Assembly: GCA_048772705.1 (NCBI GenBank)
Contig: JBLWGC010000213.1
Coordinates: 310,001 to 374,000 of the forward strand
DNA: 64,000 bases
Direction: 5' to 3'
DNA from: Leidyana gryllorum EB-2025a
Lineage: Eukaryota > Protista > Apicomplexa
In this document: positions 59,048 through 64,000 of the stretch, one piece after another
Position numbering within the stretch: position 1 is the first letter of the stretch
How the letters are laid out: each line of letters begins with the position of its first letter
Translations under genes and position numbers: made by a program
Notes under the pieces: model-generated
The model's input: only the letters and a program-made list of their open reading frames with translations
What the model was told of the DNA's origin: nothing
Database searches by the model: none

Positions 59048-59813
59048 ATGGAGGAAGGAGTGGGTTTGGTGGAAGCCTTCACAACTTTCATAAGTGCCCA
59101 CCAACGAGTGCTGGTGGAAGATGCTGAATGGCCTGCTGACACCTCATATGACGCAGCGGCCGCCCTGAGTGAGGCCACACCTGGGACCATCGAAAGTATA
59201 AATACGGCATTGGCCAAGGCCAATTGGTATCGAACCGTCTTTCTGGAAGACCCCTTGAACGCCCTATCGCTGGTGGATGATCAAGCTGAAGAATGTCCCG
59301 CGTCCGTGAAGACCGCACTCGAGGCCTGGAAGGCAGTGAAGGGGCAGCACATACAATCATATCGAACTCCCATACATCTGAAGCCGGTGTCTTTCATTCA
59401 GGGGAAACTGGCGCACCTTATTGACTTGAAAGTGTTGGTAGTTGACCGGTTACCCGCAGCTCAGTTCGCGGCTACCTCCCGAACGGTAGCGGACTGGAGC
59501 TTTTTTGTCCTTGCGGACCAAAGCGGAGCGGTGGTTGCAGCTTTTCCACCTGAGGTCCCCAAGTCGGTACAGTCTCAGCTGAGTCGGGGAGACAATCAGA
59601 ACGGCATGGGCGACTTGTTGCACCCTGGAGATGTAGTGATTCTCTATGCTGTGAAGACCATTTCGATGTTCGGATGCACAGTAAGCTCTTTCCCACAGAA
59701 TCTCGACGTTGACTACGTCTCAGATGATTACACTCAGCTCAAAGGGGAGATTAGTACACATAGGCAGTTACATGATGGACCACGCGCTGGACTTTGGAGC
59801 GCGACTTGGGTGA
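59048..59813 (+). CDS. HROB/MCM8IP-like OB-fold protein
   Basis: FVLADQSGAVVAAF..LHPGDVVIL; intron 59681-59723 gives a terminal exon MITLSSKGRLVHIG ending at TGA 59811-59813. Confidence 0.55.
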
Positions 59814-59821
59814 ATTTTGGG

Positions 59822-62553
59822 ATGGAGCCCATCTGCAGACTTGCAAAGTTGGCCAGACGGCTGGCTGTCTTTGTCAGTCTGGCTGGTCTTTTTGGTTTAC
59901 TGTGTCTCTCGTGGTCTTCTGAACCCAATAATGAGGAGGAAGTGGCTTTCAGCCCCGGCCGGGTGCAGGTGGACTTTGCCAGAGGCCCCCTATCGAGTGT
60001 TCCTCCGACTCTGACTAGTAGGCGACCATCAAATTTCAGCGCACGCACGCCTCTGTCTTGGCTATCAGATGCAACCGCTTTCGACCACTATCGACAACTC
60101 TTATCGAATATTCCGGATACGGAACTACATGTTTTCGAGGCGGACGAGTATTGCAGAGAGCCGTCTCTGCTCCTTGTCGGTCGTCCGCCCCTCGCTGATC
60201 CCCGAGAGGCTTTCATCATTGACGTCCAGGCTAACCTCTTCTCGGCGAACAGTGTGGGATGGATTGATTTCTGGAGGGACTGGGTATCACAAATCATGAT
60301 GCGCCCTTGGCATGCGAAAGACATCTTTATACATATTTCTCCCTCCCACGATCGCCATCAGAAGCCTATCCACTATGCGGCCCCAACCCGGCGCTTCCTG
60401 CAATGGTATTACGATGATCTACACACAGGGACAGTCTCGACGAAGCGGGGAGGCACAGCCAGATTAGCATTGGTGATTGACGAGCCCCTAACTCCGCAGT
60501 ATAGTGTAGCCGAAGTGTTGATCGACTATGGTGAGGACCCCCACACGCACACCCACACTCCCTCACACACCCACACACCCACACACCCACACACCCCTCA
60601 TCTCTCCATCATTTGTCGCCTGCAGAGGGATTGGACCTGGTTATGCCCAATGGCGACTATCTGTTCCCGCTAATCAAAAGCTTTGCGCATCACACTCTGC
60701 CTGTCCGGTGGCGTCAGCCCTACGATGCGTTGGGTTGGCAATTAATGTCGAGCCCCCGAAACGCTCGTCACGCAGTGTATTTAGAGTGAGCATTCGCCGC
60801 CAATGCCACGTGTATGTGACCGTTTCTCTTTAAAACAGACGACAGGTTGCAGCCGCAACAATTGTCCCTCGGCTGCCCGTCCAGGTTTGGCACACATTAG
60901 GCCGGTGGATGGAGCGTTTGACGCGAGAGCAGAATTTCATGGTGCTGCAATTCCACCACAACTTCAATCAATATCTGTTGGATGTGGAACCGGATCGAAG
61001 GATTCTCCCCAGTGAGTGCGAAGACACACAATGTGTCAGCAGTTCATTCATCCATTCTATCATCAGACAAATGGTTATTGTGGCTTCTCCTCCTCAGTCT
61101 GGGTCCCCTCCTACTGGTACGGACGGGCCTGAAGACGTAGTTGGACCGACCGCTTTGTTTCCTCGCAGGATCTGGAGACGCTGGTGCAGGCTTCCTCCCC
61201 TCGTTTGAACGGATGGGTCCCCCTCATTGTCGTTCCGGTTTTCAATACTGTTGCCAATCAATTATTCGTCGGCCTCTTCTGTGTGTCTACCATTGGAATA
61301 GTGGCCTATTCTCTGACAATGTGGTGGATCGACCATCAGCAAACGCTCGAGACATTCAATGAGACGTGTGTTCTGGAGAATGCACAGCCCTTCGGTTACG
61401 TGAGTCTCTCACTCTGCTTTCTCTGATTGAACTCTGCTTTCTCTGATTGAATAATCATTGATCATTTCCCCTCCCCCCAGCTGGCAGTTCACGCATTACG
61501 GATCACGGCTGGTGTCTCCATGTTGGGACCCATGTTGGCGGTGGCTGGGTTCCCCCATGTTACAAAGGAACTGCAACGGAGAACACAAAACAACGACGAA
61601 GGACAGGAGAGAATGATGAGAAGCGACGATTCGCTGCGGATACCGACAGTTCCCGAGAGTGAAAGCACACAGAACGCAGAGAAGAAGGTCAATCTGACAG
61701 AACAGAATGCGATTGCGCTCCTCAAAACACTGGCCAGAGCTCTTCGCTGTCTGACACCTGTGATTGTCTTTACTGTCTCCGTAAGAGCAATTCTCCGTGC
61801 GTCCGTCCGTCGTCATCGTTGTTCTCCGTGTGCCTTTGATAGATGCTATCGCCTGCGTATGCGATGTATTTGGCACCGGGAGCAGTACTACTGGGCTTTC
61901 TGGGATACCTCGTCCTTGAAGTGGCCTTCGACAAGTATTCGAAACCATTCACTTTTGCGCTCCTCTTCACGATCGCTATGGTGAGGAGCACACAGCCGGT
62001 CACTCTTTGACGCTTCCGTTCTTCTCAGGGCAGGAAATCTTTGCGGCAGATGTTCTTAAGTACAGTGTCCTCGGCCCTGTCGGGAGTGCGTCCTGAGGCA
62101 CTGCGTCCCTGGCTCTCGTCGCGGCTGGCCAAGCAGCTGATGGAGCAACCAATAGCGCTGTTCGATGGGGTTCTCCGAGGTGCCATGGAGTCGTATATCT
62201 GTGTTGACGGCCGCTTATTGCCCGGAATCATAATGGGAAGCACATTCGTCTTTATCAGCTTGGCTGTGCTCCTTTTGTCCTTCGGCATCAAGACTAGACA
62301 CGTCACTGACCTGTGGTTCAAGCGACCCGATGACCACGCGGCCATTATTGAAGCCTTCCAGAAAGCGCGGGCTGAGGAGGCTCGAACGTCACCAAAGACG
62401 GCTCAATCGCCTGACAGCTCCGGGGGGACCCCCCAACGGACAATTCCCCTCCAGACCTCACCGGAAGGTGTTCCAACTGTTCATATCGAGACAGTTGCAA
62501 CGCCTACTCATTCCGACCGAGTCGACAGAACTGTGCGACGCCGACGATCATGA
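59822..62553 (+). CDS. GPAA1: GPI transamidase component Gaa1
   Basis: N-terminal TM; WHAKDIFI, EGLDLVMPNGD, ERLTREQNFMVLQFHHNFNQYLL; multi-TM C-terminus. The 3' exon structure is uncertain. Confidence 0.75.
60541..60600. repeat. CA-rich imperfect microsatellite in an intron
   Basis: cacacccacac units; similar CA/TG/TCAC tracts at about 701-735, 4996-5014, 18780-18822 and 29351-29380. Confidence 0.9.
61411..61450. repeat. Perfect 20-bp tandem duplication in an intron
   Basis: actctgctttctctgattga occurs twice inside a GPAA1 intron. Confidence 0.95.
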
Positions 62554-64000
62554 GTCTTTCTTGATGGGAAGAGAGTGGAAAGGAATCTCGTGATCTAATT
62601 GACCATCCGGTATCTCAGCTGCAGAGCAGAGGATGCACAACGACTGAGCTTTGTGAGATTTGCACAAAGACCACAACATATGTTTTCCCTCGGCGCAGCA
62701 TTTGTCGATGGCTCCCTCTGCATTGGAGAAAAGAATATCAATGTCGTCAAACACGATGACTGCTGGTGCCAGTTGTAGAGCTGCTTCAAACACTCCTGTC
62801 AGATAAGCCTAAAGACGCTAATGATATTAGACCAGAAACTCCTCCTACCTGAGTTCCACCGACTGTGGCCGAGAATAGTTCAGTCAGCTGGACAAACACC
62901 GCTCTTTTATGTTTCCACCACCGCTCTCTCAGATAGGATGTACGTCCGCTACCGGGGGGACCCACTATACAGTACATCGGGACCGCAGTGCCTTGTTCTT
63001 TCGTCAAATTAATCTCCGGCCAGCGGCCGCGCCCTATATACGGGCCCGGATGGGGTTCTGGAAAATCGTTCGCCTGACTCTGCGGCGTGAAACCCAACCT
63101 CAGAGTGATATCTGCCCACTCTGTGCCGAGGTGTTCAGAGAAATTAGTACCGAAACTACTACAGCTTACCGGAGACACACTCATCAACCTGTCCGGACAC
63201 CAACACCTTTACAGTCTCTTCATCGTTCAGAGACGAGATGACGGCAGTCGACACGCGTTGGGTCTTTGGGGAGGGGGAGGAGGATTGCGCGCTCTCTTCC
63301 GGTGAGCTCGAGTTGAAGCGACTCGAGGCGTCTGGTGCGTCGCGAGCCCGAATCTCGTTGACCACCCCGAATTCTGCTCGAGACTCACTCCGAGCCTCCT
63401 GCGCGTACCCCTGCCCCTGATATATATGCCACACCTCGCAGTGGTTCCGGAAGGGTTTCTGTACAGCGACGTCCTGAGGACCGGAGAGCAACCGATGGTC
63501 GACCACATATCGCCAACGCCATGCGTCATTCCCGACTACAAAGCCGTCAGCCAGAGTCTTTATCCATTCCTGCGCCAACTCGAGCGCTATCCGGCGATGT
63601 TTGGCCGTTATTTCCAGCCAATTAGGGGGCAGAAAAGGGAGGGTGAAACCCTCACTGCGCTGGTCGACGGCAACACTCAGCATTTGTTTCCTCTCACCCT
63701 CGTCTCCACCCCCAAAGAACCTCGTATGAGATGGGCTTTCGCCGAGAAGCTCTTTCATCAACAAACATGGCTCATCACCCTCAATCGTCGACCCCAGTTT
63801 TGCTGCACGTAGCCGAGTCCCCAGGGGAACATATGGTAGCAGAGACTTCCAGACTCGGATTCCTACTCCTCCTCCTCCTCCTCCTCCCCCTCCCACTCTC
63901 TCGGCGTTGCCTTCGTCACTTGTTGCGTCTGCGTTGGAGACTTCCAGCAACCAGTCCTGATAGTCGCTTGGTCGATTCAACTTTTCTTCTTCGCCATTCG
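62548..64000 (-). CDS. Divergent CDC48/AFG2-type AAA ATPase-like protein (5' end probably outside the window)
   Basis: IVGPPGSGRT, ELFSATVGGT, VFEAALQLAPAVIVFDDIDIL. Confidence 0.65.

Noticed and set aside
59045-60673. Single 542-aa ORF suggesting an OB-fold/GPAA1 fusion
   Set aside because: A typical 43-nt intron (59681-59723) closes the first gene at 59813, and GPAA1 has its own ATG and TM segment at 59822. Two genes is the simpler reading.
1-64000. Prokaryotic origin, CRISPR arrays, tRNA/rRNA genes, and the many GTG/TTG-start or antisense ORFs in the track
   Set aside because: Spliceosomal introns and eukaryote-specific genes occur throughout. No regularly spaced repeat-spacer array or recognisable structural RNA was seen. 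Most small ORFs are shadows of real genes.

Overview
This is a gene-dense eukaryotic window, most likely from a gregarine-type apicomplexan. That inference rests on a GAPM glideosome protein, an integrin-beta-like vWA adhesin, EGF secreted proteins, moderate GC and many short GT-AG introns of mostly about 37-60 nt. About 39 protein-coding genes can be reconstructed by manual splicing. They include RPL27, SRP14, ZPR1, TFIIE-beta, Maf, a GNAT, bestrophin, TBCE, TMEM18, two alpha-carbonic anhydrases, cytochrome b5 reductase, a Nup88-like gene, Bdp1, RNase kappa/V-ATPase f, two DnaJ genes, GAPM, INTS11, a DHHC-family gene, a lipase, an HROB-like OB-fold gene, GPAA1 and an AAA ATPase. The most striking property is extreme packing: prokaryote-like stop/start overlaps (ATGA, probably TGATG), same-strand gaps of 7-8 nt, divergent ATGs 12-16 nt apart and antisense-overlapping 3' ends. 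This implies overlapping or polycistronic transcription. The one clear gene-poor gap (about 21.9-25.1 kb) holds a decayed repeat/retroelement-like island with a Gag-like remnant, a PBS-like site, direct repeats and a perfect 23-bp inverted repeat. All family calls come from motif recognition by eye, not database searches, and the exon boundaries are manual predictions.
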